Assembly (NCBI GenBank): GCA_040219255.1
Contig: JAVJSW010000001.1
Location: 1 to 64,000, forward strand
Direction of reading: 5' to 3'
DNA length: 64,000 bases
Origin: Sumerlaeia bacterium
Lineage (GTDB): Bacteria > Sumerlaeota > Sumerlaeia > SLMS01 > JAHLLQ01
A program made the position numbers and the translations under genes. Below are positions 29,240-38,953 of the stretch, piece by piece (the first letter of the stretch is position 1; the number at the start of each line of letters is the position of its first letter). A model generated the notes under the pieces. It made no database searches. It was not told the DNA's origin and saw only the letters and a program-made list of their open reading frames with translations.

Positions 29240-30124
29240 ATGTCCGTACAACGTTACCTTCCCCTGATTGTCGCCGCCGCCTTGATGGTTTGCGGCTGCG
29301 GCGCCCTGAACGCCCAATCCACAAACAAGACCATGGCCTCCGCAGAGACCACCATGGCCCCCGTCGCCCTCGATGGCTACAGCGTCGTGTCCTATCAACA
29401 GCGCGCCAAAGCCGAGAAGGGCAGCCCCCGCTACGCCACCGTCCACGACGGCCAGACCTATTATTTCACCGACGGCGCCGAGCGCGACGCCTTCCTGGCC
29501 GAGCCCAACCGCTACCTGCCCGCTTTCGACGGCTGGTGCGCCTATGGCATCGCCAAGAACGCCAAGTTCGAATCCAACCCCCGCACCTTCAAAGTCGTCG
29601 GCGGCCGCACGTTCCTCTTTCTGAACGACGGCGAGACGAACACCTACGACCTCTGGAACGGCGAGAACGAGCAGCGGCTCTGCCGCGCTGCCAATGCCAA
29701 CTGGGAAACCATGACCGGCGAAGCGCCGCTGGCCCATTACAACCTGGCCGCCGGCAGCACCGTCGGCATTCACGGCTACAGCCCCGTCGCCTACTTCACC
29801 CGCGGCAAAGCCGTGAAGGGCAACCCGGCCTACGCCGCCACTTACCGCGGCGTCACCTATCACTTCGCCAGCCGCGATGAGGTGGAAACCTTCAAGCAGA
29901 ACCCCTCGAAGTACGAACCGGCCTACGGCGGATGGTGTGCCACGGGGATGATGATCGAGCAAAAGCTCCAGATCGACCCCGAGACCTTCAAGATCGTGGA
30001 CAACCGCCTGTTCCTCTACAAGAACGACGCCGAAGTCAACGCCCTCCACGTCTGGAACAAGGGCGACGAAGCCGAGCAAGTCGCCAAGGCGGATGGGTAC
30101 TGGGAGTCGCTGCTGGGGGAATAG
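29240..30124 (+). CDS. Exported (possibly lipo)protein with two tandem YHS-like domains
   Basis: Two copies of GYS.V.Y...KA.KG.P.YA....G.TY.F.....F...P..Y.PA..GWCA.G...P.TFK.V..R.FL. Confidence 0.88.
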   Translation: MSVQRYLPLIVAAALMVCGCGALNAQSTNKTMASAETTMAPVALDGYSVVSYQQRAKAEKGSPRYATVHDGQTYYFTDGAERDAFLAEPNRYLPAFDGWCAYGIAKNAKFESNPRTFKVVGGRTFLFLNDGETNTYDLWNGENEQRLCRAANANWETMTGEAPLAHYNLAAGSTVGIHGYSPVAYFTRGKAVKGNPAYAATYRGVTYHFASRDEVETFKQNPSKYEPAYGGWCATGMMIEQKLQIDPETFKIVDNRLFLYKNDAEVNALHVWNKGDEAEQVAKADGYWESLLGE

Positions 30125-30203
30125 AGAAGTCTAGCCGCCACGTCAAAACCGAGTTGTGTCCGGCACACAGGCAAATCCTCGCCGCCCGATCAGCCTGACC
30201 CCC

Positions 30204-30842
30204 TCACCCCATCGGATACCCGATCGCCCCCAGCTCCGCTCGGACCTTGCCGAGTTTCACCCCGGGCGCCAGCGTCTCGGCCAGCGCCGCATCGAGCGGC
30301 GTCAGTTGAAAGATCGCCTTCAGAGCTGGCGGGTCCGGCTTCACTTCGTGGTAATTCATGGCGTGGATGTAGAAGGATTTGGGCCCGACGCATATCAGGT
30401 CGAGGAATGGCTTGCCCATCTCCTCGCTCGTCTTGTTGTCCACGCGGAAGGCCAGACTCTGCCAGGGCTGGCCGCCTTCGCTCCAGGCCAGGAACGACAT
30501 TTCCTGATAGCGAAGCTCGGGCTCGTTCAGCAGGCGCACGGCCAGTTCCGGCATCGGGACGGTCGGCTGGCGTTGAAACCGGCAGAGCATATCCGGCGAC
30601 ATCGAGAGGCGTAGCGCGCAGACCTTGATGGCGATGGTGTCGCCCGAGCGCAGAATGTAGTAATAGGACCCGCCGCCATCGTGGCGCCACGCGAGGGAAA
30701 TGCCGTCTTTCCAGCGTTCCACGAAATGATACTGGCGGAAATCCGGATCGTCCGACAGCAGCAGGTCGGCGGCCGCCGCCGCTTTCGACCGCGCCATGAT
30801 CACGTCGGGTTCGGGCAGCCAATCGATGGGGCAAAGCTCCAT
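30204..30842 (-). CDS. Hypothetical protein
   Basis: 212-aa ORF with normal globular composition; no family recognised with confidence. Confidence 0.7.
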   Translation of the reverse strand: MELCPIDWLPEPDVIMARSKAAAAADLLLSDDPDFRQYHFVERWKDGISLAWRHDGGGSYYYILRSGDTIAIKVCALRLSMSPDMLCRFQRQPTVPMPELAVRLLNEPELRYQEMSFLAWSEGGQPWQSLAFRVDNKTSEEMGKPFLDLICVGPKSFYIHAMNYHEVKPDPPALKAIFQLTPLDAALAETLAPGVKLGKVRAELGAIGYPMG

Positions 30843-30955
30843 GGGTCAAACCTTTCAGGCACCAACAGGCCCCTGCTTCGGGGAGCCCGGAAACTTTGTC
30901 TCCAAGTCGGTAGCGACCGCACTCACCCTAGCCATCCCGCGTCCGGTCACAACCT

Positions 30956-31435
30956 CTAACTCGCCGCCCCGTCCTGTTCTTTCTCCCGCCGCTGCTTCTC
31001 CAGCACCGCGTGCAGCGTATGCAGAAACCGCGACCGGTCCGCCTTGGTAAACGGCGGCGGCCCCGTTTCCGGCCCGCCCCATTCGCGGAGCTGTTCGGCG
31101 AAATCGCGCCGCGCCAGCGCTTCGCCGATGTTATCCGGCGTGAACGCCTTGCCGTTCGGCGCGATCGGCACCGCGGCGTTTTCCTTGATCAACTGGTTCG
31201 CCAGCAGAATGTCGTTCGTCACCACCACATCGCCCGCCACCGCCCGCTCGGTGATCCAGCGATCCGCCGCGTCCGCCTTTTTCTCCACCAGCACCAGCGA
31301 CACCCAATCGCGCTCCGGCACCCGCATCGGGCTGTTCGCCACCAGAATCACCCTCAGACCCCAGCGCTCCGCCACGCGGTACACTTCGTTCTTCACCGGA
31401 CAGGCGTCCGCGTCGATATAGATGGTCGGGGGCAT
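30956..31435 (-). CDS. yaiI: YaiI/YqxD (UPF0178) family protein
   Basis: IYIDADACPVK, DAADRWI, DVVVTNDILLA, GPPPFTKADRSRF. Confidence 0.92.
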   Translation of the reverse strand: MPPTIYIDADACPVKNEVYRVAERWGLRVILVANSPMRVPERDWVSLVLVEKKADAADRWITERAVAGDVVVTNDILLANQLIKENAAVPIAPNGKAFTPDNIGEALARRDFAEQLREWGGPETGPPPFTKADRSRFLHTLHAVLEKQRREKEQDGAAS

Positions 31436-31781
31436 GATACGACAAGCTCTCCAGCGGGATCGAAAAACCAAGCCTCGCCCGGCTCGCCTGGCGGAATCAA
31501 CGCGCAAGCTTCACCCTTCGCCCTCTCGCTCGTGGAGGCGGACATGCGGGCTTCAACGTCCGCTGGCTCCGCCGCGCCGGGCGAAGTGGTCGATCGGGCG
31601 CCATACCACCGCCGCCCGGTACCGCCGTCATGAGGGGGAAAATCCCGTTGAGGTGTGGTCCGAATCCTGATTGCTTGCCGGTACAAGGGCAACCGCAGCC
31701 CTTGAGACGGGCGGCGGGCGCAGGCCGGGCCGCTCGATTCTCTCAGTCACCCGGCGAGGAACGAGCGCGTTGAAATTCAAC

Positions 31782-33704
31782 ATGAAGTTGTTCAATCCCC
31801 CCCTCTGGGGCGTGTCCATTGCCCTGTCTTGGACATGGGGTTTAGGGCTGTTTTTCTCGGTCCAGATCGCGATCCAGTTCGGTCTGCCGGGCCTGTTGTG
31901 CTTCGCCATCCCGAACGCCATCGGGCTGGCGGCCTTCGGCTGGTTCACCGGCTGGATCAGTAAGCGCCAGAACTCGCCCCGCGATTTCGAGCGCCACTTC
32001 CTCACCACCGTCGGCAAACTGCGGTGGGTCTTTCTCTTGTATCAGATTATCGCGATTTCGCTGACCTTCTTCGCCTTGTTCAAGTACGTCTTCCTGCCGC
32101 TGAACGTGCCCTTGCCGATGGTGGGGCTGTTGGTTCTGGGCGCAGGGCTTTTGCTGGGAGAACAGTTCGACATCGACCGCATCAAGTGGACTCACTTGGC
32201 GTGGGGTCTTGTCATTCTCCTTTCGATCCTTCTGATCGGCTGGGGCGGGGCCTCATATTTTCGAACCAACATGCTCAGCGATATCGACATCCGGCGCTAT
32301 CGCGGGGTCGAGAGCGTCCTGAGCTGGAAATTCGCCGGGTTTTTCGTACCCATCATCATCGGCTTCCTGCTCGGGCCATGGCTTGATATTCAGCAGTGGC
32401 AGCGGGCCCTGCGTATCAACCGCGAGAAAACCAGCGTCGGCATTTCCTACACCTTCGGTGGTATCATCTTCTTCGGCATTCTGTTGTTCCACGGTACGCT
32501 GGCGCTGGCCATCTGGGGCGAGGGCGTGCGGCTCGGGCTGAACCTGGCGGAACCCACTACCACGGCGATTTTCCACGCCAAGGACGCGGTTGTCCGCTTC
32601 CTGTTCCTGAGCGAGGGCGTCAACGCTCCGGTCCTCTTCAAGGTCATGTACGTCGTCTTCCTGTGCCTGTGCATCGTGGCGACGCTCGACAGCGGCTATG
32701 TGGCGCTGAAGTGGTTCCAGAGCGACGCGGTGAACAAGAGCGAAAGCCTGCTTCTGTCGCTCATTCCCAAAAGCTTCCTGAATTCGCCCATTCCGCCGTT
32801 CCTGCTGGCGGCGGCGGTGGGGCTGGCGACGGCTCCGCTCGAGGTCGAGCTGGAATACTACATGGCTTTCTACGGCAGTTTCCTGGTCGGCTACTCGATG
32901 GTGTTCCTCTTCCGAACGGTGTTCGAGCCCCGATTCACCTCCTTCACCCAGACCACACTGTTCGCGCTGGCGGCCTTCAGCCTGGGCTCCTTCGGCATCG
33001 GGTACTTCAAGGAAATCCCCGTGCTGATGATGCTGGGTTCGATTCTGCCTCTGGTGCATGCCATCGTTTGCATCGCCACGCGCAAGGCGGTGGAAGAAAT
33101 CCGCCGCAGCGGCGTGATGGACAGCCTGGCGGAGGGCGACATCGCCGGCGCCGTGAAGAAAGTCCGGCCGCAGGGGGGCGGCGGGGAAAAGCCCCTCGCC
33201 AAAGAAGCGGCCCCCGAGACACCGCCCATGGTGGTCGAGAGCCATCCGGACCTCTCGCCGTCGATTTCGTCCGTCGCCTCGCAAGGGTCCGCCTGGATCG
33301 AAGGCAAATGGTTCGTCTATCGCTTCATGTCCACGTATCAGGACACGAACTCGGTGGGGAACGTGTATTTTGCCCAATACGGCATGTTCGTGGGCAAGAC
33401 GCGCGAGCTTTTCTTCAATCACGCCATGCCGAATTTCGATCTGCGGACGACGCCGTTCTACATTTTGACGCGATCTTATGAGCACAAGTTCCTGAAGGAA
33501 TCGCGGGAGTTCGAGGAAATCGAAGTCAAAATCCGCATCTCCGACGTGAACCGCAAGTTCGTGACGATGGAGCACAACATCTATAACAGCGCGAAAGAAA
33601 TCCTGGGCAAAGGCAAGCAGGTGCTGCTCTTCGTGTCGTCGAAAGACTACAAACTCCTCGACGTGCCCGCCGAATGCCAGCGGGCGTTCCTGCCCTACCT
33701 GTAG
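31782..33704 (+). CDS. Solute:sodium symporter-like membrane protein fused to a C-terminal hotdog (4HBT-like) thioesterase
   Basis: About 13 TM with SIALSWTW, LGPWLDIQQWQRA, ATLDSG; linker; then YQDTNSVGNVYFAQY...GKTRE. Confidence 0.75.
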   Translation: MKLFNPPLWGVSIALSWTWGLGLFFSVQIAIQFGLPGLLCFAIPNAIGLAAFGWFTGWISKRQNSPRDFERHFLTTVGKLRWVFLLYQIIAISLTFFALFKYVFLPLNVPLPMVGLLVLGAGLLLGEQFDIDRIKWTHLAWGLVILLSILLIGWGGASYFRTNMLSDIDIRRYRGVESVLSWKFAGFFVPIIIGFLLGPWLDIQQWQRALRINREKTSVGISYTFGGIIFFGILLFHGTLALAIWGEGVRLGLNLAEPTTTAIFHAKDAVVRFLFLSEGVNAPVLFKVMYVVFLCLCIVATLDSGYVALKWFQSDAVNKSESLLLSLIPKSFLNSPIPPFLLAAAVGLATAPLEVELEYYMAFYGSFLVGYSMVFLFRTVFEPRFTSFTQTTLFALAAFSLGSFGIGYFKEIPVLMMLGSILPLVHAIVCIATRKAVEEIRRSGVMDSLAEGDIAGAVKKVRPQGGGGEKPLAKEAAPETPPMVVESHPDLSPSISSVASQGSAWIEGKWFVYRFMSTYQDTNSVGNVYFAQYGMFVGKTRELFFNHAMPNFDLRTTPFYILTRSYEHKFLKESREFEEIEVKIRISDVNRKFVTMEHNIYNSAKEILGKGKQVLLFVSSKDYKLLDVPAECQRAFLPYL

Positions 33705-33798
33705 CAGGCGGTGTGGGATCGGCTTTCTTGAAGGCTATTCGATCCCCGGGCCCCATGCGCGCGGCCCGGAGTGTCTGCTATCACCTTCCCGTGTGCTT

Positions 33799-36756
33799 TC
33801 AACCTTCCGTGTGCTGCTCGACTCGCTTCTCGCGCAGGCGTTTCGCCATCGGGGTTTGCTTCCAGATCTGACCCAGGATCATCGGGATCAGCGCCAGCCC
33901 CACCACCATGCCCCAACCCGCGAGGGGGACGCCCTCGGAGGTGTTGAGAACCGTGTTTAGCCCTGGCATGTAAACCGCCAAGAGCAGTAAACTCGCGCAA
34001 ATGCCAACCGAACCCCAGACCCACGGGTTCTGGGTCACTTCATTCTTGATAAGCGGCGAACCGGCGGGGCGCATGCTGAAGACGTGAAGCAGTTGCGACA
34101 ACGCCAGCGTCAGGAACGCGATGGCCGATCGCTGGCTATGGCTGATGTCGAAGAGGGCGCCGCTGGCGAAGTAGGCAGTCAGCGTGACGGCTGAGATCAC
34201 CGATCCGTAAACCGCCAGCCCGATCCAGTCCGCATTGTTGATAATGGGGGCCTTGGGATTGCGCGCGGGCCGTTTCATGATGTCCGGGTCGCCCTCGCTG
34301 ACGCCGAGGGCGAGGGCGGGGAAGACGTTGGTGACGAAGTTGAGGTAGAGAATCTGGAGCGGCGTGATCAGCAAATCGCCGGCCGCCTCGCCGCCGCTGG
34401 CTTCCGCGCCAGTGCCTTCGCCGCCCCCGCCGGGACCGACAACCGCCGCGGCGAGAACGGTGATCACTGCGCTGCTGTTGACGCTCAGCAGGAAAATCAC
34501 GAAGTTGCGGATGTTGTTGAAAATCACGCGGCCTTCGCGCACCGCTTCCGCGATGGTCGTAAACGAATCGTCCTGCAGGACGATGTCGGAGGCTTCGCGC
34601 GCCACCTGGGTGCCGCGCTGGCCCATGGCGACACCGATGTCGGCCTTCTTCAGCGCCGGCGCATCGTTCACGCCATCGCCAGTCATGGCCACGATGTCGC
34701 CGTTTTCCTGGTGGGCGGTGATCAGTTCGAGCTTCTGCTTCGGGCTGACGCGGGCGAGGACCCGGGCGTGGACCAGCCGGCTGACCTCTTCGTCGGTCAT
34801 GTCGTCGAAATCCTGGAGGTCGCGGCCCACGAGGACCTCCGAGTCCTGATCCTCGCCTTCGGTGAAGAGGCCGCATTCCGCGGCGATCTGGCGGGCCGTG
34901 GCGGGTTGATCGCCGGTGACCATGACGACCTGGATTCCCGCGCCACGGCAGGTCTCGATCGCGGCTTTCACGTCGGATCTGGGTGGATCGAGGAGGCCCA
35001 CCAACCCCAGGAAGGTCAGGTCTTTATACGGCTCTTCTTCCACCGCGGCGACGCGTTTGCTCGCGAGGGCGAGAACGCGCAGGCCACCTTTGGCCAACTC
35101 CTTATTCTTGTCGTTCCATTCCTGCCGCTCGGCGTCGGAGAGTTCCGCCTCGCCGCCGTCCTCGGTGCGCTTACGGGTGCTGATGTCCAGGACCGATTCG
35201 GGCGCGCCTTTCACCGCGACGAAGTAGCCGTCGCTGTCCTTGTGGAAGGTTCCCATCAGAGCGGTGTCCGAGTCGAAGGGTTCCTCGCGCTCCTCCGGCC
35301 GCTCCTTGACGAGGGCCTCGCGCTTGAGGCCCGCCTTGGCAGCGGCGTAAAGCAGGGCGATTTCCGTGGGATCGCCGGACGGTTCGGCGACTTCGCCTCC
35401 CGAAGCTTCGTCTTTCCGCCTGTCCTTGGGCTTTTCTCCGGCCATGGAGGCGTTGTTGCAGAGCGCGCCGACAACCAGAAACTCGTGGAGCGGCGTGCCG
35501 TCCTTGATTTCGACGTTGTCGTTGTCGCGCCGGAAGCCCCCTTCCGTGTCATACCCCTGGCCGCTGATCTCGAAGTGCGCGCCGCTGGCCAGCATCAACG
35601 CCTTGGCCGTCATGCGGTTCTCCGTCAATGTGCCGGTCTTGTCGGTGCAGATGACCGTGGTGGAACCAAGCGTTTCCACCGCCGGAAGCCTGCGCACGAG
35701 AGCGTTGCGCTTGGCCATGCGGTACATGCCGCGGGCCAGGGCGATGGTCGCCACGATGGGCAGGCCCTCGGGAATCACGGCCACGGCCAGCGCCACGCCG
35801 GTCTTGACCATAAGCGCCAGTTCCCGCCCCGCCACCAGCCCGGCAACACCCACCACGACAGAGATGCCGATGGTGATCCAGACCAGTTTCTTGCCGAAAT
35901 CGTCGAGCCGTTTCTGGATCGGCGCCTGCTCGCTCTCCGCTTCCTCGACCATGGAGGAAATGTTGCCCAGTTCGGTGTGCATGCCGGTGCCGACGACGAC
36001 GCCTTCTCCCGTGCCGCGGCGGGCGGCGGTGCCTTTGTAGGCCATGTTCTTGCGCTCGGCCAGTTCGATGTCCGCCTCCACCGGCGCGAGCTTCTTGTCC
36101 ACCGGCACGGACTCGCCGGTCAGGGCCGCTTCCTCGATTTGCAGGCGATTGATTTCGATGAGGCGCAGGTCGGCGCTGACGACGTCGCCGCCGTCGAGGA
36201 TCACGATGTCGCCGGGAACGAGTTGTCGGGCTTCGACTTCCTGGGCCTGGCCGTTGCGCCGGACGCGGGCTTTCGACCCCCCCAGCTTCTTCAGAGCCTC
36301 CATGCTCTTCATCGCCTTCCATTCCGTCAAGAAGCCGATGATGGCGTTGACCAGCAGCACGATGGCGATGGCGCCGCTCTCGAGCCAGTCCTGCATGAAG
36401 AGCGTCACCCCCATGGCCACGATCAGGAGCCAGACGACCATGCCCTTGAATTGCGAGATAAAGATTTTCCAGGCGCTCGGGGGTTTGGTGGTGCGCAGCT
36501 GGTTCTCGCCGTACTTGTCGAGGCGTTCTTCGACGTCCGAGTCGCTCAGGCCCCGCTGCGGATCGACAGCGAGTTCCTGACAGATATCTTCCACGCCGCG
36601 TGCCCACGGATTGTCCACATAGGCTGGGTTGTCATCCGTGCGTTCGCGCGGCTTGTCCGGTCCCTGCTCCACCCGCTTGTCCTCCCGCCGCACCTGAGTT
36701 TCCGGGTTCGTGGCCGCCTGCTGCTTCTCGCGGGCGGCGGGTTTGGGGCTGGTCAT
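33799..36756 (-). CDS. Cation-translocating P-type ATPase (type II)
   Basis: LTGES, IPEGLP, DKTGTLT, KGAPE, DPPR, TGD, MTGDGVNDAPALK. Start set at MTSPKP after a GAGG SD. Confidence 0.95.
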   Translation of the reverse strand: MTSPKPAAREKQQAATNPETQVRREDKRVEQGPDKPRERTDDNPAYVDNPWARGVEDICQELAVDPQRGLSDSDVEERLDKYGENQLRTTKPPSAWKIFISQFKGMVVWLLIVAMGVTLFMQDWLESGAIAIVLLVNAIIGFLTEWKAMKSMEALKKLGGSKARVRRNGQAQEVEARQLVPGDIVILDGGDVVSADLRLIEINRLQIEEAALTGESVPVDKKLAPVEADIELAERKNMAYKGTAARRGTGEGVVVGTGMHTELGNISSMVEEAESEQAPIQKRLDDFGKKLVWITIGISVVVGVAGLVAGRELALMVKTGVALAVAVIPEGLPIVATIALARGMYRMAKRNALVRRLPAVETLGSTTVICTDKTGTLTENRMTAKALMLASGAHFEISGQGYDTEGGFRRDNDNVEIKDGTPLHEFLVVGALCNNASMAGEKPKDRRKDEASGGEVAEPSGDPTEIALLYAAAKAGLKREALVKERPEEREEPFDSDTALMGTFHKDSDGYFVAVKGAPESVLDISTRKRTEDGGEAELSDAERQEWNDKNKELAKGGLRVLALASKRVAAVEEEPYKDLTFLGLVGLLDPPRSDVKAAIETCRGAGIQVVMVTGDQPATARQIAAECGLFTEGEDQDSEVLVGRDLQDFDDMTDEEVSRLVHARVLARVSPKQKLELITAHQENGDIVAMTGDGVNDAPALKKADIGVAMGQRGTQVAREASDIVLQDDSFTTIAEAVREGRVIFNNIRNFVIFLLSVNSSAVITVLAAAVVGPGGGGEGTGAEASGGEAAGDLLITPLQILYLNFVTNVFPALALGVSEGDPDIMKRPARNPKAPIINNADWIGLAVYGSVISAVTLTAYFASGALFDISHSQRSAIAFLTLALSQLLHVFSMRPAGSPLIKNEVTQNPWVWGSVGICASLLLLAVYMPGLNTVLNTSEGVPLAGWGMVVGLALIPMILGQIWKQTPMAKRLREKRVEQHTEG

Positions 36757-36788
36757 GATGTGGTCCTCTTTGGGGTGGGTGTTGGGAC

Positions 36789-37751
36789 TTACGTGCGTTG
36801 CCGTTCTGTATTCAGAAGTTGCTCGTAAAGGTGCTCGGTATCCTCGCGGCGGCAAAGTTCGGTGCCGGGGGTCATGACACAGGCGGCCCCGGCGGCGACG
36901 CCGAAGCGCACGGCGTGGTGAAGGTCTTTGCCCCTGGCGAGGGCGAGCACGAAGCCGGCCACGGTGCTGTCTCCGGCGCCGACGCGGCTTCGGATCTGCA
37001 CGGTGGGCGCGGGGACGCGCTCGCACAGGTCGTGCGAGACCGCGAGCGCTCCCGCCGAGCCCAGCGATACGATGATGATCTCGGAAACACCCTTGCCGAT
37101 CAAGTCGCGAGCGGCTTTCACGATCGCGTCGTCGTCTTCGAGTTCTCGCCCCACCAGGGTCTGCAATTCCGCGAAGTTGGGCTTGAGGAGATAACAGCGG
37201 CCCGACTCGGATACGCGCCGCAGCGCTTCGCCCGATGTATCGACGATGACCTTGATCCCTTCGTCGGCGGCGCGGCGGGACATCTCGGCGTAGAAGCCGG
37301 CCGGCACGCCGGGGGGCAGGCTGCCGCTCGCCACCAGGAAGTCGGGTTTGTCGGCGCCTTCTTCGCGGCCGAGAACGGCGGCGATGGCGTGGTCGAGTTC
37401 TTCGCGGGTCATTTCCGCGCCGGGCGTGTTGAAGCGGAACTGGCGGTTGGTGGAGGTCTCCAGCACCGTCAGGTTTTCGCGGGTGAGGCCGTGGATGTCG
37501 ATGCGGTGCTTGTCGAGGCCCGCTTCCTCGAGGAGATTGGCGAGTAACTGGCCCGTCGGCCCGCCAGAGGTGTAGACGGTTTTCGATGTACCGCCGAGTT
37601 GCAGGATGGCGCGGGAGACGTTCAGGCCGCCGCCGCCGGCTTCGAAGCGGGGCTTGCCGCACCGCAGCTTCTTTTCGTCCACCACGTGGTCCACTTCCAC
37701 GGACTTATCGATGGCGGGGTTCAGGGTCAGGGTCAGAATGGATTGCTGCAT
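36789..37751 (-). CDS. pfkB: 1-phosphofructokinase family hexose kinase (6-phosphofructokinase II-like)
   Basis: TLTLNPAID, AGGGGLNVSR, SGSLPPG, DTSG, KPN, VGAGDS. Confidence 0.93.
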   Translation of the reverse strand: MQQSILTLTLNPAIDKSVEVDHVVDEKKLRCGKPRFEAGGGGLNVSRAILQLGGTSKTVYTSGGPTGQLLANLLEEAGLDKHRIDIHGLTRENLTVLETSTNRQFRFNTPGAEMTREELDHAIAAVLGREEGADKPDFLVASGSLPPGVPAGFYAEMSRRAADEGIKVIVDTSGEALRRVSESGRCYLLKPNFAELQTLVGRELEDDDAIVKAARDLIGKGVSEIIIVSLGSAGALAVSHDLCERVPAPTVQIRSRVGAGDSTVAGFVLALARGKDLHHAVRFGVAAGAACVMTPGTELCRREDTEHLYEQLLNTERQRT

Positions 37752-38248
37752 GGGACGGCTCTCGGAAAAGGGATCGGGAGGCACGGCGGCGCCACGGGGA
37801 CTCGCAACCGACAAGAAGACCGGCTTGACCGCCTCTAGAGAGCACTTTAGAGGAGAAGCCAAGCCGGACAACCGTAGGATTATGTTGGATAAGGATTCGT
37901 TCCTGGGTTCCCTCCCGGCAGACTGGGTGGCGCAACTCTGCGTCGCAGCGATCGTACGTTATTCTAAAGCGAGGAGCCGGGAACTGCCGGTTCTCGCGGC
38001 GCCCTCGACGGTTACTGAGAAGGGCTTCTCGGCAAGAGCCGAGCCATGCCGCAAACCGACCATAACTTCAGCAATAGCAAAGAATGACAGGTGAAGCCGG
38101 ATCCCACCCGGTGCCGAGGAACGCGGAATCTCGCCGAAATTGCGGCGTGATGTCTGGAAAACGGGCGCCTGCCGGCTTTCGAAGTTCGGCGGCATGATGG
38201 GTGCATAAGCTCCTCTCGAAAAAATAAACCTCTGACCGGAGATGACTT

Positions 38249-38953
38249 ATGCAAATCGCCCTGTCCCGCTTACGAATCCTGGTGACCGCCGCCGCAGCCG
38301 GATTGGCGGTGTCCTGCGCCAGTGGCGCCCGCTACGCCAAGACCACCGGCGATGGCTCCCAGCCCAATGCCCCGGCGGCGCCCTCCCCCGCCACAGCGCT
38401 GGATCCAGCGCCCCCGGAAAATCCGCCCGCCGGAGCCTTTCCCATCGACCCGGTTCACTCCAGCGCCGTGTTCCGCATCAAGCACCTCGGAACCGATTTC
38501 TATGGGCGCTTTGACCAAATGGACGGCTACGTGCTCTTCGACCCGCGAAACCCCGGCGGCGGCGAAATCTTCGTCACTATCCCCACCGCCAGCGTGGACA
38601 CCGACAAGGAAGCGCGCGACGAGCACCTGCGGTCGCCGGACTATTTCGCCGCGGACGAGTACGATGAGATGCGCTTCGTCAGTTCCGAGATCACGCCCTT
38701 GAGCGGTGATCGCTATCGCGTGGACGGCGATCTGACCATCCGAGGCGTGACGCGGCCCCTCTCGACCGAGTTCACCTATGGTGGCGAGAGCTTCGATCCA
38801 TTCATGGAAACGATGAAGAAATCCGGCTCCGCGGAGTTCACCATCAGCCGAAGCGCCTTCGGCGTCGATGGCACCCCGAGCCTGCTGAGCGACGAGGTGG
38901 ACGTGCTGCTCGGCATCGAGGCCAAAGCCCCGGAGGGCGCGTCAGAGGGCTGA
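38249..38953 (+). CDS. YceI family lipoprotein
   Basis: LAVSC lipobox; IDPVHSS..F.IKHLG, SVDT....RDEHL.S.DYF, GDLTIRGVT, SRSAFG. Confidence 0.92.
   Translation: MQIALSRLRILVTAAAAGLAVSCASGARYAKTTGDGSQPNAPAAPSPATALDPAPPENPPAGAFPIDPVHSSAVFRIKHLGTDFYGRFDQMDGYVLFDPRNPGGGEIFVTIPTASVDTDKEARDEHLRSPDYFAADEYDEMRFVSSEITPLSGDRYRVDGDLTIRGVTRPLSTEFTYGGESFDPFMETMKKSGSAEFTISRSAFGVDGTPSLLSDEVDVLLGIEAKAPEGASEG

Noticed and set aside
28344-30124. Selenocysteine recoding in the AhpD or YHS proteins
   Set aside because: The relevant positions are ordinary Cys codons, with no in-frame TGA.
31440-31780. Riboswitch upstream of the transporter-thioesterase gene
   Set aside because: Only generic GC hairpins; I recognised no known aptamer consensus.
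36757-37662. N-terminal 300 aa of the 1287-aa ATPase ORF
   Set aside because: An Arg-rich alternative frame overlapping pfkB; the true start is near 36756.
37860-38248. Small ORFs or ncRNA between pfkB and yceI
   Set aside because: One minus-strand ORF has a good SD, but its product looks non-coding-like. There is no other support.
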